Shown piece after piece: positions 10,481 to 22,310 of a stretch of DNA of 37,580 bases. The notes beneath the pieces are model-generated. The model saw only the letters and a list, made by a program, of their open reading frames with translations. It made no database searches and had not been told where the DNA came from. Within the stretch, counting starts at the first letter, position 1. Each line of letters starts with the position of its first letter. The position numbers were made by a program, and so were the translations under genes. The stretch spans positions 1 to 37,580 of the forward strand of contig RSEE01000178.1 of NCBI GenBank assembly GCA_003971905.1, in the 5' to 3' direction. The stretch is from Moniliella sp. 'wahieum' (Eukaryota).

Positions 10481-11199
10481 CGGCGAATTGTCGCCGGCCC
10501 GCCACAACCCACATCTCACTTCTCCGAACAAAACCCTTTTGAGAAAAAATTAAAAAGCACGGGTTACTCTCGGATTACTCGATTACTCCTTTCGCTTCGA
10601 TTACCGCTTCTGGCTTGTCGGTTCCAGGTTGAGTATCGCGGTTGTTGGCTGGTACTTGGTAGGGTCCTTGATATGCGGAACAGGTGGAACGCCGGCTAAC
10701 AAACAAACGCACCGTCAGACACCGCCCAGTGCCTGCCAACCTCCTAGTCCCGCGCCGACACAATCACCGTGGTACACGATGAAAGCCACGCGTCACACGG
10801 TGCCCCATGCCTTGGGCCGGATCGGTGACACATCTCGGCCAGCGATCGATGATCGATCTGATCGGAGATCGGAGCTGAGGCGCTGAGGGCGTTCACCGTC
10901 ATCGACGTCATCGATCATCCAAGTTGGTGTTCCGTCGGGTTCCTGTCGTTGATGGCACGACGGATGAGGCCAAGGCCGATGAGGCCGATGCCCGCATATA
11001 GTCCCCGACTGTCAGTGCTGACGGTCAGTGGTCATTGTTTCGTACTCACTGCGCTCAGGTCGTTTTCACTCAGGACTCAATCCACCATCCGCCCGGCCAC
11101 CCCCACCACAGAGGCAGCACGACACGCAAAAGTGTCCCAGAGCACATAACGTCTTCAAGCTTCAAGCGTCATGCATGTCATGCATCATGATACAAAGTC

Positions 11200-12100
11200 A
11201 TGGCGAGCAGCTTGCCACACGGCCTCGACCTGAGAACCCCGAGAATGCCATTAGAGAGAACGTAGTACACAGTTCATCCCAAAAGCTTCACGAAACCCCC
11301 CTATCCCCGCCTTCTGACTATCTGCCACTGAGAAGCACCGTGTACAAGGCACAGGCTTGACCGCTCGCATCCCTATCCGCTCTATTGCTGTCAGTCAAGT
11401 CGAGTGTGCCTGCATCATAGACTCATCTGTCACCAAATGATTAGGCTCGCTCCAATTTCCAATCCTGCATCCTGGCTTCTCTCGCCTTTCCCTTTACTGT
11501 TGCTTCTGTTCTCTACCCGATGCCTTCTGTTTCCTCCCCCGAACAATCTTGCCATTCCCCTCGTCTCTTACAGTACCTTGGTCTCCCTCGTTTAGCCTCG
11601 ACTGTTACACCAAGTCATCCTAGCCATTTCAATCGCTGTTGCAGAAGTGGCCAGCGCGATATAGCACCGCCAAAGGCATCGACATCATCTTCCGAAGAAA
11701 ACCCGCGTAGTCTCGTCCCCACAGGAAAATACATACAGAGAGCACGCTAACCCCCCTGACTGTGGATGACTGCGGATGATTTTTTTGCCTCAATACTGTA
11801 TCGCGTAAGATCCCTCCCGCACAGATCCGCTGGATATACAAAACACAGTCCGTGTTCCCGCACCGTCAAACATCCTGTTGCATTGCAGTGGTATCATTTA
11901 CCGAGCTTGAGGCTGTGGGACAAAGAAACCGCGTCGCTGCGGCTTGACTGAGCTCAGTGCTCACATCTTACGTGTGCTGTGGTTAATGGCGCCACACCCG
12001 TGTACGAAACCACAGGGGGAACCGCCAGCACAGGTCAGGATCCTCTCGTGCCCGCCATTCGGTTCCAAACCAGAGGTAGCGCGCGTAGATACGAATGAAC
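11200..12100 (-). pseudogene. Decayed RecQ/telomere-linked-helicase-like relic, 3' part (HelicaseC + Zn region)
   Basis: Nucleotide similarity to 12380-12960 at ~1.12 kb offset (ctcgctccaatttccaat vs ctcgctcccatttccaat; ggtctccctcg...gactgttaca vs ggtctccctcg...gactgtgaca). Residual peptides RTVFCISSG, VIH, WGRDYAG and PVPCTRC. Confidence 0.45.
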
Positions 12101-12199
12101 GTGGCAGACGTCTCCACAAGTGGTGAACAATCTCCAATCAGATCCTCATCCGTTCGTTCTTTCCAGTGCTCATTTGAACATGTTGCTCGTCGTCTTAGT

Positions 12200-14000
12200 G
12201 GTGCATATAGTATCTCTTCCTCATCATAATCAGGGGGGAGAAGGGTTTTGGTTGCTTTTCCGTGGACGGAGCTTGGTGTTCTTGTGGCATTCGGCTTGTT
12301 CCACCAGTCGAAGCAGCTCCGTCTCCCAGCATTCTATAGGCGTTACGGATCTCTCTCGTGTACCACCCCCGGTACGCACCCATCGCCTCCCATGTTATCA
12401 AAGAGTTCCGCAACGTGTGGTCCACCTCCATCCCTATGCTTTTCCGAATGCCCACAGGTCGCATCACTCGGTACAGTCAGTGCGCTCGCGTTCCTCCAAT
12501 CCCTAACCCCTTAATAAAAACGGAGTTATGTATCTGTTTGAATGAAGTTGTCATAGTTTGGCTGATCTCGCTCCCATTTCCAATTTCTTCGTCTCGAGCG
12601 TCTCGCTCCTTCCCTGTACCTTCCACTTCGCACCATGTCCTCTCTTCTTGCTTTTCCCTACGAACGATTGCTACACCCCTTGGCCTAGTCTGATCCTGGT
12701 CTCCCTCGCCTTATCCCCGACTGTGACAGAAGTGTGGTCTTCCTGATGCCTTCTTCGTTACCGTAGAGAAGCACTCTCCCCCTGGAGAGCTCCGACCCTT
12801 GAGGACAATCGACCGCCTACCTTCTCTCCCACCCCGGCTCACCCTACGCTGATGGGGGCGGGATATATTTAGTCCTCTCTTTTTGCTGCAGAGGATCCCC
12901 ATCAGCTGTATTATACTGTCGGATATCGACCCCATTGATATCATATGACACGCCACATATATTGCCGGGGGAGGGGTTGATGGGTATGTATCCTTCGAAC
13001 GCTCCACAAATAGCAGCGTGTCGTGTGTGTGTGGGAAAAGAGGTTGTGAGGATATCATGTTCCTTGGCCCACCACGGTGCCGTTGGCTCCTCGATCTGTG
13101 TATGGAACTCACGACGCCGATGCTGAGAAGCACACAGGCTCACTCTATAGTGGGCCCGTGAAAGTTATCGCCAACAACTTGCAGGAGCAATACCGTGCCC
13201 CTTGTCGCGCGGCTGCCACTAACGACAGTGGATGATCTCGTACTGTACCCGCCGGGTCCCATTGTCCACAACACTTCCGACTCCAGCAATTGTGGGTACA
13301 ACCAATGGCAGCTCGACAAAACCTGTACCGTGCGATTGTCCATGCTTTCGTTGGACGAGATGGACACTTTCATCACATGCAGGAAACGTAGGAGGAACCA
13401 GGCCTGTCTGTGATGGGGGCGTTCGGTCGTGCTGGGCCACGATGTGTCGGCGTGGTGTATAGCCCCTGCAATTCCCGTGTTTGCCTGTTCGCTCTGTGCG
13501 AGCCGACCGACCAGCGGTTGCCCTGGCCGCAGACCGAGGTGCATGGGAGATGGATGCGTCAGTGGGGACGACTATCGGCACCGTTTGATCCAGGTATTCT
13601 TCTTCAGCGCCACAGGGGCACAATCACTACGCCCCACCCGTCCATGTTGCCCGTCCTGTACGTCCGCATCCCACGCAAGCAAACATAGACCCCTGCCCGG
13701 GGGCACACCAACGTGGCCGCCAGTTCGGCGGGCACAACTGCTGCCCCGCCATGTTGATCCAGAGCCACCCTCTATGTTCACTCACCATGTTCTTTGTTCC
13801 CGTTCCCTCCATCTGGGTGGCTGACATGAGGGCTAGCAAAACCTATATGTAGAAGACCAGAGAGCAGGCAGTTGGGGATGTATTGCATTGCACATGAGCT
13901 ACGGAGGCTAGAGAACATTCCTGTCCTCCAGCAAGGAATATTGGACGGAGTGAACCGGAAGGTTCCGGGCTTGGGCTACCGGCGCCACTACATCAGTGTG
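12200..14000 (-). pseudogene. Decayed RecQ/telomere-linked helicase (TLH-like) pseudogene
   Basis: Colinear degenerate SF2/RecQ motifs across frameshifts: I LVCPGQGSM (~13711-13684), Ia VVIVPL.AL (~13630-13602), II DESVHLV (~13374-13354), V IYVACHMISMG/VDI (~12961-12925), VI QRRVSRGGREG (~12851-12819), then CTE*/SCFD Cys remnants. Spacings of ~27, 85, 138 and 36 codons fit RecQ. Confidence 0.65.
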
Positions 14001-14153
14001 GCGCCACACTATATTATGTTCATCCCCCCTGCCTTCCGCCACCCCCTTCGACGGCGGTCTTGCTTCTCGCCCCTACAGAAACATCGTACAAGACACCCTA
14101 GAGAGATACGTATATGGATAGGAGACTGGTTCCAGGATCACCATAGCAACAAC

Positions 14154-14645
14154 TTACGCCTTCTGCCGTTGATCGCCAGCAGCTCCACTTCAAACTCCAG
14201 CGTAGCGTCTATCATGGGTTGGCGGTCAGGGTCGTCGGGCTAGCAGGCGCACGCGGTGCACCGAGAAAAGGGGGGGGGGATAAACGTACTGGGCGGAATG
14301 ACGGGCGGGAAGCCGCGAGCGCCATAGGCATAATCGGGCGTGGCGGTCAACACGGCCTTCTCGCCCAAGGACAGTTGCGGCACGCCTTCGTCCATCCGCG
14401 GATCACCTGGCCGACGCCGATCTGGGTCTGGAAGGGAGCACCGCGCGTGATGGACGAGTCAAACACCGAGCCATCCGGGTTGCGGCCAGTGTAGTGAATG
14501 GTGACCGTGTCGCCAGCCTGGGCTTGTCCACCCCATTCCCAGCGGCCAACGTCTTGACCGTCACGCCCATCCGGGCAGCAGAGGCGTGCAGGCCACGCGC
14601 CAGCATGGGCGCACGCACAGTGGTCGAACGCAGCGCAGAGAACAT
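14154..14645 (-). CDS. FPR1: FKBP12-type peptidyl-prolyl isomerase with an N-terminal mitochondrial-targeting-like extension; intron 14209-14289
   Basis: [33 protein letters not shown]...[10 protein letters not shown]...[27 protein letters not shown]...[26 protein letters not shown]. Intron signals GTACGT...CTGACC...TAG. Confidence 0.9.
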
Positions 14646-15152
14646 CGTAGACACAGGCTGGAGAGGCAGAGCAGGTGGGGGTGGGTGGCGTTTGCCGTTG
14701 GTGTGGGGTCTGGAGTGCGGAGGAGAGGCAGTGGCGAGGCAAGAGCAACCCAACCGGCAGAAGAAAATTGCACGCGACAAGCGTGGCGCGCACACTGCTG
14801 TTGTGCGGGTTCGGATCGAGCGCACGGGCCTTGCGGGGGGCTACACTGGCGCCGTTCCCCCAGGGAACCCTTCTGTTCCGCCAGTCCAACCCTAGCAATC
14901 GCTCCACCAGACCGTGGTAGAAGAAGCCTTGCCCATTCCCAGCCGAGACCGGATTGCCTAGGCTGCGGCTTCTCCACCTCGTTACCAGGCCGACCTACCC
15001 CATGTACCTCCCTTCACGCTCCTGTCATCCCGTCTATACAATACGTTACTACTGCAGATACGGCCTCAAACACACATCTGGTTCAGGCCTAAAGAAATTC
15101 GTTCGCAGCGAAAAGCAAGCATGAGAGTCGAGCCGACAAAGAGGATATACTC

Positions 15153-15567
15153 TTAAGCCTTCTTGCCGTTGATCGCCAACAGCTGCACCTCAAACTCGAG
15201 GGTAGCGTCTGCACGAGTAAACAGTCAGTCCATCTGTCCGTGTCCTGCCAGTGACGGCAACACGTGCAGAGCAGGGAAACATACTGGGGGGGATGAGGGG
15301 GGGGGAAGCCGCGCGCGCCATAAGCGTACGGGCGTGGCCGTCAGGATGGCCTTCTCGCCAAGGGAGAGCGGGGAACGCCCTCGTCCCAGCCACGAATCAC
15401 CTGGCCGACGCCAATGGTGGTCTGGAAGGGCTGGCCACGGGTGACGGACGAGTCAAACACAGAGCCGTCCGAGTTGCGGCCAGTGTAGTGGATGGTGACC
15501 GTGTCACCAGCCTTGGGCTTGTCGTCGACGCCGTTGCGGGGCTGAGAGACTTGACAGTAACACCCAT
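15153..15567 (-). CDS. FPR1: FKBP12-type peptidyl-prolyl isomerase, short cytosolic form; intron 15209-15284
   Basis: MGVTVKSL...[13 protein letters not shown]...[32 protein letters not shown]...[30 protein letters not shown]. Intron GTATGT...CTGACT...CAG at the same position as in the paralogue. Confidence 0.92.
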
Positions 15568-15640
15568 GGTAGCAGCAGCAAGAGACGGTGACAGATAGAG
15601 GTGGTAGAGGGTGCGTAGGCCAGGCGGCAGGCAGGCGGGC

Positions 15641-15646
15641 TTTATA
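15641..15646 (-). promoter_or_regulatory. TATA box of the short FKBP gene
   Basis: TATAAA on the minus strand ~75 bp upstream of the ATG at 15567, within GC-rich DNA. Confidence 0.5.
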
Positions 15647-16916
15647 TGTAGGAAGCAGCAGCGGGGGGCAGGCGAAGACGAAAAGCACGAACGGCGTTGG
15701 CACACTGCTCCTCTGCCCCGAACAGGTTGGAAGAGACGCGCACGGACCTTGCGCGCACGACCCGTAGCAACCGACACTGGCCCCACGCTGCCGTTGGGCG
15801 TGCGTGCGTCCGGCTGGCCAGCATCATGCATCATCAATCACGCACGGGTAGGCTACTGTCCAGTGTTGTCCAGTGCTACGTCGTGCCTCACGCGCTCACG
15901 TGCTGGCAAGATCCTCGATCCTCGATCAACCATCCATGTTGTGCCAAAGCCCTACGCTTCCTTCGGCCTAAGCCTTACCTTGGGCTTAATCCGCGTTGCT
16001 GAGCATGGATGATCATCGATCATCCGTCCTCCTCGCGTCGTTCTCTGGCCACGCAGACAGCCTCGTTGGCCAGCCGTGGGAGCTCAGCTGAAGGTGGAGC
16101 AGGCGCGAGCCAGCCCGCCTGCCGACCCAGACACCAGCGGTGCACGGCCCCCCGCCAGCCCTTCGCCTTGGCACCGCTCCACACACACACGCGTGCGCCG
16201 TGCGCCTGCCCCGCCCATCGTCCATCCCATCCATGCCCTTTGCCTGGCGCTGGCCTCTGCCCTGTCCGCCCCCGCCTCGCTTCTGCGCACCCGGTCCGTG
16301 CGCCCGCGCTGGCCTGCGCCAAGCGCCCACTCAGCCGTAGCCCCTCCGCCCTGCTCGCCTCCTCGCTCCACGTGCCCCGTCGTGCCAGTGGCAAATGCCC
16401 AAGCGCTGTTGCGCAATCTGTTACAACCACGGCAATCTATGACCTCGTAAACGCACGGGCCTCGTCAAACATCGAGCCGCTCGCACGGCCGTATAGAAAG
16501 AAAGACTGTCGGTCATCGACGCGTCTGAATAGAATCACGCGAGGGGCCCGGTAGCGTCATGCAGGCGTGCCCATCTAAGGGCCAAGCCTTTCCTTGCACT
16601 CTTCCCTCCCTCGGTTCCACGGGAACGGCAGTCACTTGATTCTGTAAGGTGCGCAATCAGACTACGAGCTACGACCACCCCTCCCAGACTGCCGGCTTAC
16701 GCTCCCTCTCCTGGTTGTCCGGCTCGTCGCCGTCCACTTGGGGAGGCATCTGCACCATCTCAGCCGGAAATCAGCGGGAGGGTCTTCATCCAAGCCCTGG
16801 GTTTTATCTTCGCACATCATCTTTTTTCCTACGCACAAAAAATACATAGGCTCGACAAGCACGATGATCGATGAAACAAGGAACAAACATGCATCCCTGG
16901 CGTTGGGGTAGACCAT

Positions 16917-17826
16917 TTAGTTGGCCGACGAGATGTAGAACCACTTGTCGACCGAGGGTCATCGGGGCGGGAGGCAACGGTTGGCGGCAGGAGCCTGAGC
17001 GTCAGGGGAGAACGCCTTGGTGCCCTGCAGGGAGACGTTGGCGATCGAGATACTGCCAGCGTTGGAGGATCCCCCACGAGGCGGGTCCACGCCTCGTGGC
17101 ACTCGTGCACGATGCCCGTCGCGTACCGACGGTTCTTGGCCTCGCCCGAGAAGGCAAACTGGTCTCCGGCTTGCCGTCGGGAATTTTGTAGATCCGGAAC
17201 CACTAGTTCGTCGCGCGGATCAGGCGGGCAGGTGGGTCTCCACATCCTCAATGTCGTTCAACTTGGGCGCCAGCGGGTCGTTGACGTCAATCACAATCAC
17301 CTTCCAGTCCGTCTCGCCTTCGTCCAGCAGCGCCATCACGCCCAACACTTGACCTGCTTCACCTGGCCCGTGTAGCCCACCTGCTCTCCAATCTCGCACA
17401 CGTCCAGCGGGTCATTGTCGCCCTTAGCCTTCGTGTCGGGGTGGACCTGCTCCGGGTCCTCGTACGTCTGCGGGAACGCACCATAGTTCCAAATGTACCC
17501 TTGGCGGGAAGCAGTTGCGCACAAAGCGCAGCTTACCCTTCTTTGTGTCCTGCTTGATGGGGTTCAGCGCGTCCTCCTTGCTGATCTCCTGCTTGGCATT
17601 CGACCAGCGCGGGATTTCCACAACCATGTTCAGCACCGTCTTGTCCTCATTGGCGTAAAGGGAATGTCGTGGAACGTAAGAGGGGAAACGACTTGCCCTG
17701 CTTCTCAATGAAGACGCGGTAGTCTGCCAGGGGGCGTTAGCCGGGATTCCCGGGGGGAGCAAGGCAAAGACGGAGCGTACCCAAGGTGTTGGCAGCGCCA
17801 ACCTGGTGGGTTGTGTACTCGGACAT
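16917..17826 (-). CDS. IPP1: Family I inorganic pyrophosphatase; intron 17724-17780
   Basis: [22 protein letters not shown]...[27 protein letters not shown]...[16 protein letters not shown]...[12 protein letters not shown]...[11 protein letters not shown]...[10 protein letters not shown]. Intron GTACGC...GCTAAC...CAG. Confidence 0.96.
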
Positions 17827-18402
17827 GGCGATAGTGGCACTCGTATAGGTACTGGGTACTGGTGGTGGGAGCGAGAAGGCCAGTTCTCGGCGGTTCGGAG
17901 AACAAGGGGGGGAAGCAGATGGGCCAGCTAGCACAACCCCCACGCTGGCAACCCTAGCGGCGCCGGTGGCTGTGGCTCGGGGCACCTGGCCTGTGCGTGC
18001 GCAGAACCTCAATTTGGGGGCAATGTGTGATGATGAATGATGCATGATGGAGAAGATGCTCGAAGATTCAGATTGAGGGGCTGGCCTGTGCGGCTTCTGC
18101 TGGCTCGCGTGCTCCCCGTAACGCGTAACTCCGACCGAGGGGACTGAGGACGGACTGGCACTCTGGAGAACAGTGTGGGGCATTTTCAAGCAAGCGCCTG
18201 CTGAGTCCTGATGGCTCCTCTTCACCAAGCGTGTCCTCACGCTTAACGGAACGGCTTCCCTCTCTCCCAACAGCGGGGGAGGAGGGGGTGAAGGAGTGTA
18301 CGCTTACCGCACGCGCATCTTTCCTTTCCACGGTGGACCAGACTTGGAACGGGACTGGGTACTTGGATACTCGGCACGTCCTCCTTCCTTCGGTCGTTGG
18401 TC

Positions 18403-21400
18403 ATGCCATTCAAACGGGTTCTTGCGCACACGCCCCTCTTCCTCGAGCGTCGGGGGTTAAGATTTCTCCTTCGCATGTCCCTCCTTCGTTCGTTCGTCGG
18501 GGGTGCGAGAGATAAAGTATCTTGGGAGCAGGGAAACGGAGGGGCAGAGGCGCTGCTGGCCCGCTGGCCAATTCTCGCTCTTCTAGGACTTGAGGGAGGG
18601 TACAAGCTCCGCTGGCCTACTGCCAAAGTTCGCTGTACGAATACAAGGGCGTGGGTGTGGACTAGAAGGGGATCGGCGCGCTCCGTGGCCCGCCTGCCAG
18701 CGTTCGGCCGTCACAGCAGGAACTGGACAGGGCCGATGGTAGATGACAGATAGAGGATGCGTCCCTTTTGCTTATCGCATGAGTACAACAGTAGCCCTCT
18801 CCCCCCAACTGATATGTCCATGTGGCCCCAGGACTCGGACAACGTATCTCGTCCACGTCGCACCACAACATTGCATTCCCCTCCGACCGCTGTCGCGGGT
18901 CTGCCCTTACGGTGGGCGGGCCTTTTCTAGGTTAAACCTCTGCTTCGTCTCTTCCTTTGGGAAGGGGATGAATTGTCCTAGTATGTAACGGTGCAGGCCC
19001 TTGATGCGAGAGGATATCGGATTTCTGAGCCTCGGTGCTTTATACCATTATTCCACTGCCAAGAAGCGTCAACTCAAGGGGCACATGCAGCACTTCGATG
19101 GCTTGGTGACCGAGAAAATTTGGCGGTGAGGAGGGAGAGAACGCTTTCCCGACGCTTCTTCCGCCCCAAGAGGGAGATCGTCAAAATCTACCTCTCTATA
19201 TACCTCGCTCAACAGGACCTGGGTGCCTGTGGATACCCAGAATCGACCTGTGCCGGGCCAAGGACACTTTTGGATCTACTGGGTTGATTCTCTTATTTGA
19301 GGAAAGCGGATGTATCGCAATGTGGCTCCTCCTCGTCGTATGTGTCCTAAGAAGCGACGCTCAGGCGAACGAGACGATGCCTCTCTGCTGGCCAGCAGCT
19401 GTATATTGGCAAGAGCGCTCTGTGCAACAACCAGTGACCCTAGGTTGAAGGGCCGCTTACCTAACCCAACACCAGTCCGATGGATTGGAATTGGATGGTG
19501 AATTTGAGGGTGTTACGCGGGTGCACCATCACCATCACCATCACCACATCAACACCACTACCGTCGCCATCGCCATCGCAATGGAGCAACTCCGGCTTCT
19601 GCTCCTTCTCTGGGGCCGGAGAGGATTGTGCTACGGCTATTCACACCTCAACGCATGGTACCAGCGCCGCGTGCGCCTACAACGATGGCGATCGAGCAGG
19701 TCCCCGCCTACGTCGCAACGACCTCCGGCCGTCATTCCTCCCGCCCGCGCCGCGCTCGAGGACAGGAGGCCCAGTTCCATCCCCATTCCGTTTCTCATTC
19801 CCACGTGGAGCCTCTGCCCGCGTCGCATCTGCGCCTGGTCTCCCCGCCCCGTTCTCCGCAGCCCCTCACGCCCTGCTCAGACGCCTACCATCCAACCCCC
19901 TCGCCGCGTCCCTACCGCGCCGGAACATTCCTTCTCGGTGCCTTCGATTAGTCTTGCCCACCATTCCACTTCCCAAGATATCGTGCCGCACGAATCTACG
20001 TTGAACGAGCCGCGCGTCGCAGGACGCTCGGCGTGGCGTCAAGCGTTCGCCAGTATGGCGACCGACACGGGGGACCTGACGCAAACCATTTTGAGACGGC
20101 GCAAGCTGGCTTCGGAAGGGCCGAGTCGGGCGATGAGGAAATGCCTCAGCGGAGATCACGTCTGCCTCCGAGTCTTCCTCAGATGAGAGCATGCTTGATC
20201 CTACCGATGTAGCCTCGCTTCCTTCGCATCGGGGGCTGGGCACCCTCCACGAGCGGAGCAGTGCCAAGAAGGGAAAAGAAAAGCCAAGAGCTCCACGTCG
20301 AGAATCAAGTGGGGGCAGATGGTAAACTGGCGGCTGCCAAGCTGCTGAAACGGCGCACCCGGCTGCCAGGGGACGGGGCGCGCGCGCAACTGCATCGGGT
20401 GGAGGAGGAGGTGCTGCCCACCCTGCGGTGGGGAACAAAGCGGAAGACCTGGAAGGAGTGCAGTGCGCAGGGCGAAGATGCGAAGATGGAAAGTTGCGTC
20501 GGTTGGAACGCATACGCACCACGAGGAAGAAGTACGATATGCCGCGTGGTTCCACCCATCCGGATGCGTTGGAGATGGAGTCGGTCTATGTCGAGACGTG
20601 GGTTACGACCCAGGAGTTGACCAGGCCAAGGCAGACCTCCTGTGTAAACAGGCCGAGTTCGAGGCCTTGGAAGCCAAGAGGTTACAGGAGGAGGCCATTG
20701 CTCTTCAAAAACGGGAGGATCGGCAACGGCGCAAGATAGAGAAGCAAACCGAAGAAGCACGGGCAGCGTTGGAACGCGTACGTCCCTCTCCCCTCGGCGC
20801 TTTTTCCCCCTGTAGTACTAACCAGTTTGCAGCGCAAAAAATGTGGATCGCCACCTGTGGGCAAGCTGCGTGAGCGCTCGCGGGCGGATACGAGTTTCGA
20901 GAGCGAAACTAGCCCGCGCTCCCGCGCGACCAGCATCGTCTCCTCCTCCGTCCCTCCCGCCCAGACTTGGCCCCAGCCAGCATGTCATTCAACGGCTCTT
21001 TCCGAGGTGAAGAAGAGAAACGAACAAAGTTCAACATGGAGACCCAGGAGTCCCCTGAGCCCACGTCTCTGGCTGCTCCCACGTCGGCCCCGCGCGCGTC
21101 CACTCCGTGTTTATCGTCCGAGGCATTGCTCCCGTTGCCGCGGGGGCTACACAGACGCCTGCTCCGCTGTTCGCTGCCAAGCCCGAGTCCAAACCTGCCG
21201 TTTCCCTTGGTGGCTCTACCGAGTCCAAGGCAGCCGCTGTGCCCAAACCTGCCTTCTCCTTTGGCACACATCCGCGGCGGGGGCGACCCAGACTGCTGAA
21301 CCCTCCAAGCCGCTCTTTCCATTGGAGGATCGAATCAACCAAAGACGGAGAGCCCAACCAACTCCGCTTCCAAGCCCTCGACTGACCCCAAACCCTTCAC

Positions 21401-22310
21401 CTTTGGCGCGCCACAGGAGACCAAGCCTGCATCCACATCCAGCAGTTTGGGCACTTCTCCTGCTCCTCCAACACGGCATCAGCCGCACCCGCCGCACCTG
21501 CACCTGCAGCCGCTCCTGCGACCAAAGCTTTCTCATTTGGTGCTCCCTCCGACGCCGCCAAGCCCAGCTTTACCTTGGGAAAACCCGCCGCGGCGCCAGC
21601 CACCACCTGGCCGCCCCTGCTTCCTCAGCACCCTCGGCACCCTCGGTACCCACGTTTTCCTTTGGCACCGTCTGCGTCGTCTGCTTGCCAGCACCATCTA
21701 GTTCTGGCGCAGGCGCAGGCGCACCGTCTGCCCCTGCTGCACCCGCGGCGGCAGCACCAGCGTTCAGCTTTGGTGCGCCTGCGGGCTCTGACAAGGCACC
21801 CGCCCCCCTTCGCTATGCCGGCACCCAAGTTCAGCTTTGGTGCGCCTGCAAGCTCGGGGCTTCTACCTCCGCTCCTGCCGCGGCTGCACCAGCGTTCAGC
21901 TTTGGTGCCTCGTCGGGTGCTGACAAGGCCTCCGCTCCGCCCCGGCTCTGCGGCGCCTACGTTCAGTTTTGGTGCGCCATCTTCCTCCGCGTCGGCTGCT
22001 GCTCCGGCTCCCGCTCCGGCTGCCAGCTCGGCGACTTCTGGCACGACCCCGGCCCCAACGTTCTCCTTTGGTGCCCGTCCCAGGCCGGCGCGCCGACGTT
22101 CCAGTTTGGTGCACCTTCGAGCGCCAGTGCGAGCGGCGGGGCTGGGGCTGGGGCAGGTACTGGGGCAGGTAACAGCTCAGCGCCTTCGTCGGGGTTCACC
22201 TTTGCTCCGCCCTCGTTTAATGTGGGCAAGTAGAGGACACCCACAACGCCTCACCGCCGAGGGAGACGGGCGCCGATTGCTGGGACTCCCACTGCGCCCT
22301 ATTGTACGCA
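18403..22310 (+). CDS. FG-repeat nucleoporin, nuclear-basket type (Nup1/Nup124/Nup153-like); 5' boundary uncertain
   Basis: Many FSFG/FTFG/FQFG repeats with P/A/S spacers at ~21150-22230, and a C-terminal basic GRRLLGLP.R motif resembling the Nup1/Nup153 importin-binding tail. No RanBD, so not Nup2. The upstream ~2.5 kb is a fragmented low-complexity S/P/R-rich and coiled-coil region. Confidence 0.7.

Noticed and set aside
9049..10700. Long overlapping GC-rich ORFs (also 15600-16550 and 33400-35300)
   Set aside because: These are shadow ORFs from high GC and antisense frames of real genes, with no domain motifs.
11578..12727. ctgttaca / ctgtgaca ends as a pair of LTRs
   Set aside because: Similarity continues on both sides of these motifs and maps onto the helicase relics, so they are not element termini.
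19524..19580. Poly-His ORF (19485-20186) as a separate gene
   Set aside because: It is a (CACCAT)n microsatellite, more plausibly encoding Pro/Ser repeats within the frameshifted nucleoporin.
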